Source: Pseudomonadales bacterium (lineage in GTDB: Bacteria; Pseudomonadota; Gammaproteobacteria; Pseudomonadales; JAHRWD01). From it: a DNA stretch of 64,000 bases. This document shows positions 44,450-55,702 of the stretch, in pieces. A program made the position numbers and the translations under genes. Below the pieces are notes generated by a model. That model ran no database searches, was not told the origin of the DNA, and worked only from the letters and a program-made list of their open reading frames with translations. The stretch lies in contig JARGPR010000008.1 of assembly GCA_029210125.1 (NCBI GenBank), positions 56,635 to 120,634 on the forward strand. Reading direction: 5' to 3'. How positions within the stretch are numbered: the first letter of the stretch is position 1; each line of letters starts with the position of its first letter.

Positions 44450-45742
44450 ATGAATAAGAGTTATCTAAAAAACGCAATTGCATCAACCGCACTGATAGGT
44501 TCCCTATCACTTGCGGCCGTCACGCAAGCCGCAGAAACGATTAAAGTGGGCGTATTGCATTCCCTGAGTGGAACGATGGCCATCAGTGAAACGACACTAA
44601 AAGATACCGTGTTGATGATGATCGAAGAGCAAAACAAAAAAGGAGGCATACTAGGGAAGAAGCTGGAACCTGTTGTGGTGGACCCGGCTTCGAATTGGCC
44701 GTTGTTTGCAGAAAAAACCCGCGAGCTGCTTTCAAAAGACAAAGTAGACGTAATATTTGGTTGTTGGACATCGGTATCACGTAAATCCGTTCTGCCGGTT
44801 ATTGAAGAGCTGAATGGCCTAATGTTTTACCCTGTGCAATACGAGGGTGAGGAATCGTCCAAAAATGTCTTTTACACCGGTGCAGCACCGAACCAGCAGG
44901 CAATCCCCGCGGTAGATTATTTGATGAATGACCTCGGTGTGAAACGGTGGGTATTGGCGGGTACTGATTATGTTTACCCACGTACCACCAATAAAATCCT
45001 CGAAGCGTACTTGAAGTCCAAAGGCGTTGCAGATAAAGATATTATGATTAACTACACGCCCTTTGGTCATTCTGACTGGCAAGGCATTGTTTCTGACATC
45101 AAGAAATTCGGTAGTGCTGGCAAACAAACCGCCGTGGTCTCTACGATAAACGGTGATGCGAATGTGCCTTTTTATAAAGAACTGGGGAACCAAGGTGTTT
45201 CAGCGGAAGATATCCCTGTTGTGGCGTTTTCGGTGGGTGAGGAAGAACTATCAGGTCTTGATACCAAGCCCCTTGTTGGCCATCTGGCAGCATGGAATTA
45301 TTTCCAGAGCGTTGAATCCGACGCCAACACCGCCTTCATTAAGCAATGGAAAACATTTATTAAAGACCCGAAACGTGTCACCAATGACCCCATGGAAGCC
45401 ACCTATATCGGATTTAATATGTGGGTGAAGGCCGTAGAAAAAGCAGGCACCACCAAGGTGGATGCAGTTGAGCAAGCTATGATAGGTATTAAGTCGCCTA
45501 ACCTAACGGGTGGTATGGCTGTTATGAATAAAAACCACCACCTTTCTAAGCCTGTATTAATTGGCGAAATTCAGGACGATGGCCAACTTGAAGTGGTATG
45601 GGAAACCGACGGCCTCGTTGCGGGTGATGCCTGGTCCGACTTTTTACCCGGTTCAAAAGACATCATTGCTGACTGGACCAAACCAACCCGTTGCGGCAAT
45701 TTTAATGTCAAAACATCGAAGTGCTCTGGTCAAAATTTCTAA
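44450..45742 (+). CDS. urtA: Urea ABC transporter substrate-binding protein
   Basis: IKVGVLHSLSGTMAISE, FGCWTSVSRKSVLP, YPVQYEGEE, APNQQ. Confidence 0.96.
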   Translation: MNKSYLKNAIASTALIGSLSLAAVTQAAETIKVGVLHSLSGTMAISETTLKDTVLMMIEEQNKKGGILGKKLEPVVVDPASNWPLFAEKTRELLSKDKVDVIFGCWTSVSRKSVLPVIEELNGLMFYPVQYEGEESSKNVFYTGAAPNQQAIPAVDYLMNDLGVKRWVLAGTDYVYPRTTNKILEAYLKSKGVADKDIMINYTPFGHSDWQGIVSDIKKFGSAGKQTAVVSTINGDANVPFYKELGNQGVSAEDIPVVAFSVGEEELSGLDTKPLVGHLAAWNYFQSVESDANTAFIKQWKTFIKDPKRVTNDPMEATYIGFNMWVKAVEKAGTTKVDAVEQAMIGIKSPNLTGGMAVMNKNHHLSKPVLIGEIQDDGQLEVVWETDGLVAGDAWSDFLPGSKDIIADWTKPTRCGNFNVKTSKCSGQNF

Positions 45743-45760
45743 GCGCTAGAAGGTAAATAT

Positions 45761-45806
45761 CGCCATGTCGCTGAGAACTATACAGCGGCATGGCGTTTTC
45801 GTTTTT
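45761..45806 (+). terminator. Stem-loop or leaky terminator between urtA and urtB
   Basis: CGCCATGTCGCTG..CAGCGGCATGGCG followed by TTTTCGTTTTT. Confidence 0.7.
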
Positions 45807-45811
45807 AAGTA

Positions 45812-47536
45812 TTGGAATATCATTCAGTTGGAATCGCTATGCTATTGAAAACGCCACCCAGGAACGTTGGTTTGCACTCTGTATTTGCCTTAGTAGGCAT
45901 GTTGCTGTTTAGTGCGATAAGCCCCTCTGCGCTTGCAGAAAACGGCTATAAAGATTCGGATGTGGACCAACTGGCGAAGCTCTTGTCTGATTTGCCAAGT
46001 GCCAACTTTAAAAACGCTGCCATACTGATTAACAAATCAGAAGGCTTTGTTAAGGAGGCAGCTAAGCCTGAGTTGGACGAAGTGCTATCTGGTCTTTTTG
46101 ATGCCTATTTAGAAGGGAAGCTGTATTTCAATAAAAGCACTAAACAGTTACTTATTTTAGAAGAGACCGATGGAAAATTATCGTTAAAAGATCCCTTTAA
46201 TAGCGCATTATTAGGTGAAGCGAATAAAAAAGAGATAAAAAAAATCAGGGTCAATAATCGCCTAAGGAAGACGCTTAGAAAATCGATTGCCAGGCTGACA
46301 CTCTTTCACCCCGATCAGGAAGTGCGCTTAAGTGCGGTGGATCAGTTGATGCAAAAGTTAAGTGATGAAAACGTATCATTGCTCAAAGAAGCGCAAGAAT
46401 CTGAAAAATCTAGACCCGTACGAGAAAAAATTGATATCGCACTCGCGCTTTTCGCCTTAAGCCATACTGAGGCAGCCGTTCGGAAGCAGGCCGTCACCGC
46501 CTTAGCCGGCAATATGGAACCCGCTGTAAAAGCAAAACTCGATGCAATGTTAAGCGTCAACGAACAAGGGGAATATTTAGAGCCCAGTAAAGCGGTGCGT
46601 ACAGCAGCACAAAGCTCATTGTCGAGAATCGACTCAAAACGCAGTATCTATGGTTTTTTCGAAACCGTGTTTTTCGGCCTCAGTCTTGGCTCCGTGCTGT
46701 TGCTGGTGGCGATTGGTTTATCCATTACCTTTGGCGTGATGGGTGTCATCAACATGGCCCATGGCGAACTGATCATGCTGGGAGCCTACACCACTTATGT
46801 TTTACAAAGCCTGATGCCCAACCATATTGGTTTGGCGGTTTTATTGTCTATCCCTGCTGCATTTGTGGTGTCGGGCTTGGTGGGCGTTGCCATCGAACGC
46901 GGTGTGATTCAATTTTTAAAAGGACGGCCATTGGAAACCTTGTTGGCCACCTTTGGTATTAGTCTTATTCTTCAACAGGCAGTGCGAACCATATTTTCTC
47001 CCTTAAATAGGCAAGTCATTACACCCGATTGGATGAGTGGTGCGCTGCAAATTAATCCTGTGTTGTCTCTGACCTATAACCGCCTGTATGTGATTCTTTT
47101 CTCCTTAATCGTTTTTACACTGCTGCTGCTAATAATGAAACGTACCGTGTTGGGCTTATACGTGCGCGCCGTGTCCCAAAACCGGGATATGGCCAAAGCC
47201 ATGGGCATACGCAGTGAGTGGGTCGATGCCATGACCTTTGGTCTTGGTTCCGGTGTTGCGGGTTTGGCCGGTGTGGCCTTGAGCCAGTTAACCAATGTCG
47301 GGCCAAACCTCGGGCAAGCGTATATTATTGACTCCTTTATGGTGGTGGTGTTTGGTGGCGTCGGCAACCTTTGGGGTACCTTGGTGGGCGGCCTTAGCCT
47401 AGGTGTGGCGAATAAGTTTCTTGAACCGGCTATGGGTGCGGTGCTCGCAAAAATAATTGTTTTGGTAGCACTGATACTATTTATTCAAAAGCGCCCTAGC
47501 GGGTTGTTTCCGCAAAAAGGGAGATCAGTTGAATGA
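45812..47536 (+). CDS. urtB: Urea ABC transporter permease (ATG start probably 45839)
   Basis: HEAT-like periplasmic N-terminus; FGVMGVINMAHGE; QKRPSGLF. Confidence 0.94.
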   Translation: MEYHSVGIAMLLKTPPRNVGLHSVFALVGMLLFSAISPSALAENGYKDSDVDQLAKLLSDLPSANFKNAAILINKSEGFVKEAAKPELDEVLSGLFDAYLEGKLYFNKSTKQLLILEETDGKLSLKDPFNSALLGEANKKEIKKIRVNNRLRKTLRKSIARLTLFHPDQEVRLSAVDQLMQKLSDENVSLLKEAQESEKSRPVREKIDIALALFALSHTEAAVRKQAVTALAGNMEPAVKAKLDAMLSVNEQGEYLEPSKAVRTAAQSSLSRIDSKRSIYGFFETVFFGLSLGSVLLLVAIGLSITFGVMGVINMAHGELIMLGAYTTYVLQSLMPNHIGLAVLLSIPAAFVVSGLVGVAIERGVIQFLKGRPLETLLATFGISLILQQAVRTIFSPLNRQVITPDWMSGALQINPVLSLTYNRLYVILFSLIVFTLLLLIMKRTVLGLYVRAVSQNRDMAKAMGIRSEWVDAMTFGLGSGVAGLAGVALSQLTNVGPNLGQAYIIDSFMVVVFGGVGNLWGTLVGGLSLGVANKFLEPAMGAVLAKIIVLVALILFIQKRPSGLFPQKGRSVE

Positions 47537-48714
47537 GCATGTCACCTTCTAATGAGCCACTGCAGTTCCAACACTTTAAACAGCGTCGGCAATCGTTGTT
47601 ATCCAGCACGTTTAATAGTCGCAGCACCCAGCTGTTTTTGTTGGTGTTGTTTGTCGTAACAGTAGGTTGCTCTTTAAGTAATTTATTATTTTCACCAGAT
47701 CATTTCCTGTATGTGGATACCTATACCATTACCCTTATGGGGAAATACCTCAGTTATGCATTGTTGGCCCTGTCGATTGATGTGATCTGGGGCTACTGCG
47801 GCATTTTGAGTTTGGGCCACGGCGCATTCTTTGCTTTGGGTGGGTATGCCATGGGGATGTACCTGATGCGCCAGATTGGTGATCGTGGTGTATACGGTGA
47901 CCCTCTGTTACCCGATTTTATGGTGTTTTTAGATTGGAAAGAATTGCCCTGGTTTTGGCAGGGTTTTGATTTTTTTCCCTTTGCGATATTAATGGCCATG
48001 GTCGTACCGGGCTTGCTTGCTTATGTTTTTTCCACCTTGGCATTTCGTTCGCGTGTTACGGGGGTCTATTTATCCATCATGACCCAAGCCCTCACTTATG
48101 CCTTGCTGCTGGCTTTTTTCCGCAATGAAATGGGGTTTGGTGGAAATAATGGCTTAACCGATTTTAAAGAAATCATCGGCTTTGATTTGCAAAGCGATGC
48201 GGTGCGAGTGAGCCTGTTTTTAATCACGGCATTGGTCTTAGCCCTCGCCTATCTGTTAAGCCACTTTATTTTGGAATCCAAATTTGGCCGTGTGATTGTT
48301 GCGCTGCGTGATGCAGAAGGTCGGGCGCGTTTTGTCGGGTATAAAACAGAAAGCTATAAAGTGTGGCTGTTTGTTTATTCCGCCGTGCTAGCCGGTATTG
48401 CGGGTGCCTTATATGTGCCGCAAGTGGGTATTATTAATCCGGGCGAATTTTCGCCGCTTAATTCCATCGAGATTGTCGTATGGGTTGCAGTAGGTGGACG
48501 AGGGCTACTCTATGGTGCGGTATTGGGCGCCATTATTGTGAGCTATGCCAAAACCCGATTTACAGCACTGATGCCTGAAGCATGGTTATTTATGCTGGGT
48601 GCGCTTTTTGTCGGTGTTACTATTTTCTTACCCAAGGGTGTAACGGGTTTGTTTGAGGGATTATTCAAGGCAAAAAAATTATCGAAAGATACCACTGAGG
48701 GAGAGCCCTCATGA
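47533..48714 (+). CDS. urtC: Urea ABC transporter permease
   Basis: WGYCGILSLGH, LPDFM, GGNNGLTDF. Confidence 0.94.
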   Translation: MSMSPSNEPLQFQHFKQRRQSLLSSTFNSRSTQLFLLVLFVVTVGCSLSNLLFSPDHFLYVDTYTITLMGKYLSYALLALSIDVIWGYCGILSLGHGAFFALGGYAMGMYLMRQIGDRGVYGDPLLPDFMVFLDWKELPWFWQGFDFFPFAILMAMVVPGLLAYVFSTLAFRSRVTGVYLSIMTQALTYALLLAFFRNEMGFGGNNGLTDFKEIIGFDLQSDAVRVSLFLITALVLALAYLLSHFILESKFGRVIVALRDAEGRARFVGYKTESYKVWLFVYSAVLAGIAGALYVPQVGIINPGEFSPLNSIEIVVWVAVGGRGLLYGAVLGAIIVSYAKTRFTALMPEAWLFMLGALFVGVTIFLPKGVTGLFEGLFKAKKLSKDTTEGEPS

Positions 48715-49544
48715 GTGCTTTAGAGCAATTTCGGGAATTAATGCGCCGCGACCGTGTGTTTGAATTTTTGGTGGAAGACAATGAGATCATTGATGTCTCG
48801 CACAAGGTCATTTTATATATTGAAGGCTTAAGCGTTAGCTTTGATGGTTTCAAAGCACTGAACGACCTAAACCTTTATGTTAACGATGGCGAGTTGCGCT
48901 GTTTAATCGGGGCCAATGGTGCAGGTAAAACCACCTTAATGGATGTCATTACCGGAAAAACACGGCCCGATTCCGGCAAAGTATTTTTTGGGCAGCGGGT
49001 TGATTTGTTAAAGCGCACAGAGGCTGAAATCGCCATGTTGGGGATTGGCCGAAAATTCCAAAAACCAACCGTGTTTGAGTTTCATAGTGTATTCGATAAT
49101 ATCGAACTCGCATTGAAAACCTCTAAAGATATGCTGCCGACCTTGTTTTCCCGCACTACGGATGCGCAGATGGATCGCATTGATGAAGTACTTAAAACGA
49201 TCGGTTTAAAAGAGCACCGTATGCAACTTGCAGGTGCCTTGTCCCATGGGCAAAAACAATGGCTGGAAATCGGCATGTTGCTGGCATCCGGCCCCCGCGT
49301 GATGTTGGTGGATGAACCCGTAGCGGGTATGACAGCGCAAGAAACCGAGCGCACCGCCGAGCTGCTTACCGCCTTGGCCGGTGAGCGAACGGTGATTGTG
49401 GTAGAGCATGATATGGAATTCGTTCGCAGTATTGCTAAAACCGTCACCGTATTGCATCAAGGTTCGGTGCTTGCCGAGGGCACTATGAATGAAGTACAAG
49501 AAAACGCAGCCGTGCGAGAAGTTTACCTGGGTGAAGAGCAGTGA
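48711..49544 (+). CDS. urtD: Urea ABC transporter ATPase
   Basis: GANGAGKTT, GRKFQKP, LSHGQKQWLEIG. Confidence 0.94.
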   Translation: MSALEQFRELMRRDRVFEFLVEDNEIIDVSHKVILYIEGLSVSFDGFKALNDLNLYVNDGELRCLIGANGAGKTTLMDVITGKTRPDSGKVFFGQRVDLLKRTEAEIAMLGIGRKFQKPTVFEFHSVFDNIELALKTSKDMLPTLFSRTTDAQMDRIDEVLKTIGLKEHRMQLAGALSHGQKQWLEIGMLLASGPRVMLVDEPVAGMTAQETERTAELLTALAGERTVIVVEHDMEFVRSIAKTVTVLHQGSVLAEGTMNEVQENAAVREVYLGEEQ

Positions 49545-50236
49545 TTGAATTCAAAAAAATAAACCAGCTTTATGGTAGCTCCCAAATCTTATGGGATTTG
49601 GATATGAAAATAGAAGAGGGCAGCGTCACCTGTATTATGGGGCGAAATGGCGTGGGTAAAACCACCCTATTGAAATGCCTGATGGGCATGTTGCCGATAC
49701 AATCAGGCGATATGCTGGTAGACGGCGAAAATATCAATGCCTTAAGTACTGAGCAGCGGCCCCGTATCGGCGTGGGTTATGTGCCCCAGGGGCGTGAAAT
49801 ATTTCCGCAACTCACCGTAGAAGAAAATCTACTCACTGGGCTTGCCTGCCGTAAAGATGGCGCCAAACAAATCCCCGAAAAAATATACGAACTTTTCCCC
49901 GTGCTTAAGTCGATGATCCATCGTCGTGGCGGTGATTTGTCTGGCGGGCAACAGCAACAACTCTCCATCGGTCGCGCCCTCGTGATAGAGCCTAAAATTT
50001 TACTACTCGATGAGCCCAATGAAGGGATTCAGCCCAATATCGTGCAGCAAATCGGCGATGTCATTACCAAACTCAATAAAGAAGAAAATCTCACGGTTGT
50101 GCTGGTAGAACAAAAATTGGGCTTCGCGCGTCGCGTAGGGCAATGTTTCCATCTGATGGAAAAAGGCAAAGTGGTGGCTTCTGACGATATGGCGCAACTC
50201 AGTGACGCCTTAATCAAAAAACATCTTGCCGTTTAA
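49541..50236 (+). CDS. urtE: Urea ABC transporter ATPase
   Basis: GRNGVGKTT, YVPQGREIF, LSGGQQQQL, EGIQP. Confidence 0.94.
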   Translation: MIEFKKINQLYGSSQILWDLDMKIEEGSVTCIMGRNGVGKTTLLKCLMGMLPIQSGDMLVDGENINALSTEQRPRIGVGYVPQGREIFPQLTVEENLLTGLACRKDGAKQIPEKIYELFPVLKSMIHRRGGDLSGGQQQQLSIGRALVIEPKILLLDEPNEGIQPNIVQQIGDVITKLNKEENLTVVLVEQKLGFARRVGQCFHLMEKGKVVASDDMAQLSDALIKKHLAV

Positions 50237-50244
50237 ACGATGGA

Positions 50245-51168
50245 ATGAACATGGAAGTGGCCATCCCAGCACAAGCGCACGCTAGCATTAGCGACAAGAC
50301 ACCTCGCTGGCAAGCGCATTTATCGCTGCGCTGCGTAGGGGGTGACTATGGGGCGAGACTGGTTTCCACTGAACACCACGGCCCACTCTATGTGCAGAAA
50401 CCTTTTTACCCCGAAGGAAAAAACTGTGTGCATATTTACCCCCTTCACCCGCCGGGAGGCGTCGTAAGTGGGGATGCGCTACATATTCAACTGCACGCTG
50501 AATCAAAGGCGAATGTGGTCATTACCACCCCGGGTGCAACGCGTTTTTATAAATCCCGCTATAAAAACCTGAAGCAAGAAGCGAATCAGTCTGTTATCAA
50601 TAAAATTACCATTCGCGACGGAAGCTGTGTGGAATGGCTGCCCATGGAAACCATTGTTTTTAACGGTGCCCAGGCGAAAAATAATACCCAGGTGTACCTG
50701 GATAACAGCGCACACTTTATCGGCTGGGAAGTCTGCTGCTTGGGTTTAACGGCCAGTGATGCCCCCTTTGAAAAAGGCGCGCTGAGCCAGCGTTTTGAGT
50801 TGTATCGTGAAGATAAACCGCTGATGATTGATCGATTGCACTTTTCAGCCAATTCACCCCTGCTCGGTGCGCGCTCCGGCTTGGGCGGCCATACGGTTTA
50901 TGGCACCTTTGCCTGCGTACCTCCCATTGATCACCCACTCAATGAAAGCACACAAAGCCAGGCCTTGTTAACGCGCATCCGCGAAGAAATGGCCACACGG
51001 GCATTAGCCGAAAAGTTTTCCATTACCTGGCTCAATAAGGTCTACCTGGCGCGTTATTTGGGTAATAATGCGGAAGAGGCGCGCGCAGGTTTTTCCAGTA
51101 TTTGGCATATTATACGGCCCGTTTTGACAGGGCGAACCGCTTGCCCACCCAGAATTTGGCGCACCTGA
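50245..51168 (+). CDS. ureD: Urease accessory protein UreD
   Basis: GPLYVQKPFYPEG, LHPPGGVVSGD, TTPGA, PRIWRT. Confidence 0.95.
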   Translation: MNMEVAIPAQAHASISDKTPRWQAHLSLRCVGGDYGARLVSTEHHGPLYVQKPFYPEGKNCVHIYPLHPPGGVVSGDALHIQLHAESKANVVITTPGATRFYKSRYKNLKQEANQSVINKITIRDGSCVEWLPMETIVFNGAQAKNNTQVYLDNSAHFIGWEVCCLGLTASDAPFEKGALSQRFELYREDKPLMIDRLHFSANSPLLGARSGLGGHTVYGTFACVPPIDHPLNESTQSQALLTRIREEMATRALAEKFSITWLNKVYLARYLGNNAEEARAGFSSIWHIIRPVLTGRTACPPRIWRT

Positions 51169-51210
51169 ATTGAGGCACTTTTTTAGGTGTCAGCATTGAG
51201 AGAAGAATAA

Positions 51211-51513
51211 ATGGAACTATCCCCCAGAGACAAAGATAAGCTATTAATTTTCACCGCTGCACTCTTGGCCGAGCGCAGGCTTGCCAAAGGCCTCCTGTTG
51301 AATTACCCCGAAGCAACAGCGTTGATTACCATGGAAATAATCGAAGGTGCCCGCGAAGGGAAAACCGTTGCAGAATTAATGAGCTTCGGTAAAACCATAC
51401 TCAGCCGTGAACAAGTGATGGAGGGTGTGCCTGATTTACTCAGTGAAGTGCAGGTGGAAGCCACCTTCCCCGATGGCACAAAATTGGTCACCGTTCATAA
51501 CCCGATTGTTTAA
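51211..51513 (+). CDS. ureA: Urease gamma subunit
   Basis: [29 protein letters not shown]. Confidence 0.98.
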   Translation: MELSPRDKDKLLIFTAALLAERRLAKGLLLNYPEATALITMEIIEGAREGKTVAELMSFGKTILSREQVMEGVPDLLSEVQVEATFPDGTKLVTVHNPIV

Positions 51514-51542
51514 GAGACCCAATTATTTGGAAGGAAGCCCTT

Positions 51543-51854
51543 ATGATTCCAGGTGAACTGATCGTTGATAGCGGTAGCCACATCCTTAATGAAGGCCGGG
51601 AAGCCATCACTATCAACGTCGAAAATAGCGGTGATCGCCCTATTCAAGTCGGCTCCCACTACCACTTTTTTGAAACCAACCCAGCACTTAAGTTTGATCG
51701 CGCCGCCGCGCGGGGTTTTCGTCTCAACATTGCCTCGGGCACCGCAGTGCGCTTTGAGCCGGGCCAATCGCGCAGCGTTGAACTGGTGGCCTACGGCGGC
51801 AGTAAAACAGTGTATGGCTTTCGAGGGGATGTGATGGGGCCGCTTAATCCCTAG
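51543..51854 (+). CDS. ureB: Urease beta subunit
   Basis: [29 protein letters not shown]. Confidence 0.98.
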   Translation: MIPGELIVDSGSHILNEGREAITINVENSGDRPIQVGSHYHFFETNPALKFDRAAARGFRLNIASGTAVRFEPGQSRSVELVAYGGSKTVYGFRGDVMGPLNP

Positions 51855-51931
51855 CAGCCTGCTAGCCCTAAGTGAAAGGTTTCCACATTACACACCATTT
51901 TGCTGAGCAAAAAATTTAAAGGACATGCCTC

Positions 51932-53635
51932 ATGAGCACCATAGATCGACTGGCCTACGCCCAAATGTACGGCCCCACCACGGGCGATCGTTTACGTTTA
52001 GCCGATACCGCGTTGGTTATCGAAGTGGAAAAAGACTTCACCCAATATGGCGACGAAGTAAAATTTGGTGGCGGCAAAACCATCCGCGATGGCATGGGGC
52101 AATCCCAAGTAATATCCGCCCACGCCATGGATTTAGTCATCACCAACGCCCTCATTATTGATCACTGGGGCATCGTTAAAGCCGACGTGGGCATCAAAGA
52201 TGGAAACATTGCCGCCATCGGCAAAGCCGGTAACCCTGATACGCAAAACAAGGTCGATATCATTATTGGCCCAGGTACCGAAATCATTGCCGGTGAAGGA
52301 CAAATTCTCACGGCCGGTGGCATCGATGCGCATATCCATTTTATTTGCCCACAGCAAATCGACGAAGCGTTGATGTCCGGCGTCACCACCATGATCGGCG
52401 GCGGCACCGGCCCCGCCACCGGCACCAACGCCACCACCTGCACCCCCGGCCCCTGGAACATCGGCAAAATGTTACAAGCCACCGATAACTTCCCCATGAA
52501 CTTCGGCTTTCTTGGTAAAGGCAATGCCAGTTTGCCCGAAGCCCTGGCCGAGCAATTACTGTATGGCGCCTGCGGCTTAAAATTACATGAAGACTGGGGC
52601 ACCACACCGGCATCCATTGATACCTGCTTAAGTGTCGCCGATGAGTTTGATGTGCAAGTGGCCATTCATACCGACACCCTTAACGAATCAGGCTTTGTGG
52701 AAGACACCCTGGCCGCATTTAAAGGCCGCACCATTCACACCTACCATACCGAAGGTGCCGGTGGCGGCCACGCTCCAGATATTATTAAAGCGGCGGGCCA
52801 TAGCAATGTGTTGCCGTCTTCCACTAACCCCACGCGGCCCTATACCGTTAATACCGTCGATGAGCATTTAGACATGCTGATGGTGTGTCACCACCTTGAC
52901 CCCGCCATCCCCGAAGACGTGGCCTTTGCCGACTCACGAATTCGCAAAGAAACCATCGCCGCCGAAGATATTTTTCACGACCTCGGTGCCTTTAGCATGA
53001 TCGCCTCTGATTCCCAAGCCATGGGGCGCGTTGGGGAAGTCATAACCCGTACCTGGCAAACCGCCCATAAAATGAAAGTACAGCGCGGCCCCTTAGAGCA
53101 AGACAGCGATCGCAACGATAACTTTCGCGTAAAACGTTACATCTCGAAATACACCATAAACCCCGCCATCGCCCACGGTGTTTCAGAAGCCGTAGGTTCG
53201 GTGGAAGTGGGCAAACTGGCTGATCTGGTTTTATGGAAACCCGCTTTTTTTGGCATTAAACCAGCGATGATATTAAAAGGCGGGTTTATCGCCGCAGCGC
53301 CCATGGGTGATCCGAACGCCTCGATCCCCACGCCGCAGCCGGTGCATTACCGGCCCATGTTTGGCAGCTATGGCCACGCCCCTGCGGCCACATCCTTAAC
53401 CTTTGTCAGCGGCAAAACCGATCAAAGCTCACTAAAACAAACACTGGGCTTAGCGCGTAATTTTTCCGTGTGCCGCAATACCCGCACCTTGAGCAAAAGC
53501 CAGATGATACACAATGCCTGGCAGCCCGATATTCAGGTTGACCCACAAACCTACGAAGTGCGGGCCGATGGCCAACTGCTCACCTGTGAACCGGCAAAAG
53601 AATTACCACTGACTCAGCTTTACAACCTGTTCTGA
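51932..53635 (+). CDS. ureC: Urease alpha subunit
   Basis: [35 protein letters not shown] nickel-site motifs. Confidence 0.99.
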   Translation: MSTIDRLAYAQMYGPTTGDRLRLADTALVIEVEKDFTQYGDEVKFGGGKTIRDGMGQSQVISAHAMDLVITNALIIDHWGIVKADVGIKDGNIAAIGKAGNPDTQNKVDIIIGPGTEIIAGEGQILTAGGIDAHIHFICPQQIDEALMSGVTTMIGGGTGPATGTNATTCTPGPWNIGKMLQATDNFPMNFGFLGKGNASLPEALAEQLLYGACGLKLHEDWGTTPASIDTCLSVADEFDVQVAIHTDTLNESGFVEDTLAAFKGRTIHTYHTEGAGGGHAPDIIKAAGHSNVLPSSTNPTRPYTVNTVDEHLDMLMVCHHLDPAIPEDVAFADSRIRKETIAAEDIFHDLGAFSMIASDSQAMGRVGEVITRTWQTAHKMKVQRGPLEQDSDRNDNFRVKRYISKYTINPAIAHGVSEAVGSVEVGKLADLVLWKPAFFGIKPAMILKGGFIAAAPMGDPNASIPTPQPVHYRPMFGSYGHAPAATSLTFVSGKTDQSSLKQTLGLARNFSVCRNTRTLSKSQMIHNAWQPDIQVDPQTYEVRADGQLLTCEPAKELPLTQLYNLF

Positions 53636-53659
53636 GGCTTGTGTATTCTAGGAATAACG

Positions 53660-54163
53660 ATGGATGTATACGAAAAAATAATTGCTGCACCAAACGAAAA
53701 CGAAACCCTGCAGCCCGATGAGGTGATCGCCCTGGATCATCTTCAGCGCGAAAAGGGGCGCTTTAAAATCACCGCTCAATCTGGCAACGAAGTGCGGGTA
53801 TTTTTAGAGCGTGGCAATACACTAAAACGGGGCCAGTTGTTAAAAAGCCAATGCGGGAAAATAATCCAAGTAGATTACGCAGCCGAACCGGTGATGCGTG
53901 CCACAGCAAAAAACTGGCCCGACTTTGTACGCGCCTGTTATCACCTGGGTAATCGGCATGTGCGTCTCGAAATTGGCGAACTCAGCTTGCAGATTTTGCC
54001 CGACCACGTGTTGGCCGAACTGGTGGAGAGTTTTGGTTTAGACGTAAAAGAGTGCGAGGCCGTATTTATTCCAGAGCCCGGCGCTTATGCTAAACAAAGC
54101 GCTTCTGCCAAACACGGCACCTCAGAAAAAACCGCAGCGCATACACACCATCATCATCACTAA
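53660..54163 (+). CDS. ureE: Urease accessory nickel chaperone UreE
   Basis: YHLGNRH, FIPEPGAY, C-terminal HTHHHHH. Confidence 0.95.
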   Translation: MDVYEKIIAAPNENETLQPDEVIALDHLQREKGRFKITAQSGNEVRVFLERGNTLKRGQLLKSQCGKIIQVDYAAEPVMRATAKNWPDFVRACYHLGNRHVRLEIGELSLQILPDHVLAELVESFGLDVKECEAVFIPEPGAYAKQSASAKHGTSEKTAAHTHHHHH

Positions 54164-54186
54164 ACCAGCGACGTTTTCTTTCTATT

Positions 54187-54855
54187 ATGCCTAATTCTTT
54201 GGCCACCCTGCGTTTGTTACAACTGTGCAGCTCAAACCTGCCCGTGGGTGGCTACAGCTTCTCCCAAGGTTTGGAATACGCATTAGAGCAAGGCTGGTTA
54301 AAAAACACCAACGACGTTGCTGAGTGGGTAGAAGTGATTATCAATGAATCCCTCGCCCAGCAAGACCTGCCATTGTTATTACGCCTCAAGCAGGCTTATG
54401 CCGCCGCCGACAAGCAGGCATTCGAAACCTGGCGTGACTTTTTACTCGCTACGCGTGAGTCCGCTGAAATGCTCCAAGCCGAAGTGGTCATGGGGCAAGC
54501 CATGTATCGCTTGCTCAACTCTTTAGAGATCGAAACCCAAGGTTATCGCGGCGAACAGCTGTCATACATCGCAGGCTTTGCCATTGCCGCCAAACATTGG
54601 GGCTTAAGCGACACAGAGGCCCTGCAGGGCTACCTCTGGACATGGTTAGAAAACCAAGTAGCCGCCGCCATAAAATTATTACCCATGGGGCAAACGGATG
54701 GGCAAAAAATGTTGCTAAAACAATCCGAAAAAATTCCCCATGCCGTAAGCCGTGCCCTGGCAATAACAGATGACAACATCGGCGCAAACCTGCCCGGTTT
54801 GGCCATGGCCAGCGCCTGGCATGAAACCCAATATTCCCGATTATTCAGATCATAA
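54187..54855 (+). CDS. ureF: Urease accessory protein UreF
   Basis: [13 protein letters not shown]; [11 protein letters not shown]. Confidence 0.96.
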   Translation: MPNSLATLRLLQLCSSNLPVGGYSFSQGLEYALEQGWLKNTNDVAEWVEVIINESLAQQDLPLLLRLKQAYAAADKQAFETWRDFLLATRESAEMLQAEVVMGQAMYRLLNSLEIETQGYRGEQLSYIAGFAIAAKHWGLSDTEALQGYLWTWLENQVAAAIKLLPMGQTDGQKMLLKQSEKIPHAVSRALAITDDNIGANLPGLAMASAWHETQYSRLFRS

Positions 54856-54872
54856 AAAGTGTGGAGAACACA

Positions 54873-55478
54873 ATGAAACAAACCCTACGCGTCGGTGTGG
54901 GCGGCCCAGTCGGCTCCGGCAAAACAGCATTATTGCGCGCACTCTGCCAACGTCTAAAAGACAAATATAATATTGCCGTTGTCACCAACGACATCTACAC
55001 CCGCGAAGATGCCGAATTTCTCACCAAACACGAAGCCCTCGAAGCCGACCGAATTATCGGCGTCGAAACCGGCGGCTGCCCCCATACCGCCATTCGCGAA
55101 GATGCCTCCATGAACCTCGCCGCCATCGACGAGCTGCAGCAACGCCATCCGAATTTAGATATGGTGCTGGTGGAAAGTGGGGGCGATAACCTCAGTGCGA
55201 CATTCAGCCCGGAGCTGTCTGATCTTACTTTGTATGTTATCGATGTCTCCGCAGGGGATAAAATTCCTCGCAAAGGCGGGCCGGGTATTACCAAGTCTGA
55301 TTTGCTGATTATTAATAAAGTCGATTTAGCGCCGATGGTGGGTGCATCGTTGGACATAATGGATCGGGATGCGAAAAAAATGCGTGGAGAGAGACCGTTT
55401 ATTTTTGCCAATATGAAAACCGAGCAAGGGGTGGATGAGATTATTGGGTTTTTGGAGACGGAGGGGATGTTGGTTTAG
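54873..55478 (+). CDS. ureG: Urease accessory GTPase UreG
   Basis: [25 protein letters not shown]. Confidence 0.98.
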   Translation: MKQTLRVGVGGPVGSGKTALLRALCQRLKDKYNIAVVTNDIYTREDAEFLTKHEALEADRIIGVETGGCPHTAIREDASMNLAAIDELQQRHPNLDMVLVESGGDNLSATFSPELSDLTLYVIDVSAGDKIPRKGGPGITKSDLLIINKVDLAPMVGASLDIMDRDAKKMRGERPFIFANMKTEQGVDEIIGFLETEGMLV

Positions 55479-55702
55479 GTTTTGTTGTGGCGTTTTGATT
55501 TGTGTAGTTATTATTTTGAAGAGCTGGATTAAGGGAGGTGACGTAAAGTTTTAGGTCGTGGTACGTGGAAGCGGAGTATAAAAAACAGGCGACACCCCTA
55601 TCATATTGTTTTTATTCTAGAAAATATTGTTGAGTTTTGATCGGCTAGACAGAGTACGTCATACGACGCTAAGATTTGCGTACGGTGATGGAAACTTAGC
55701 TG

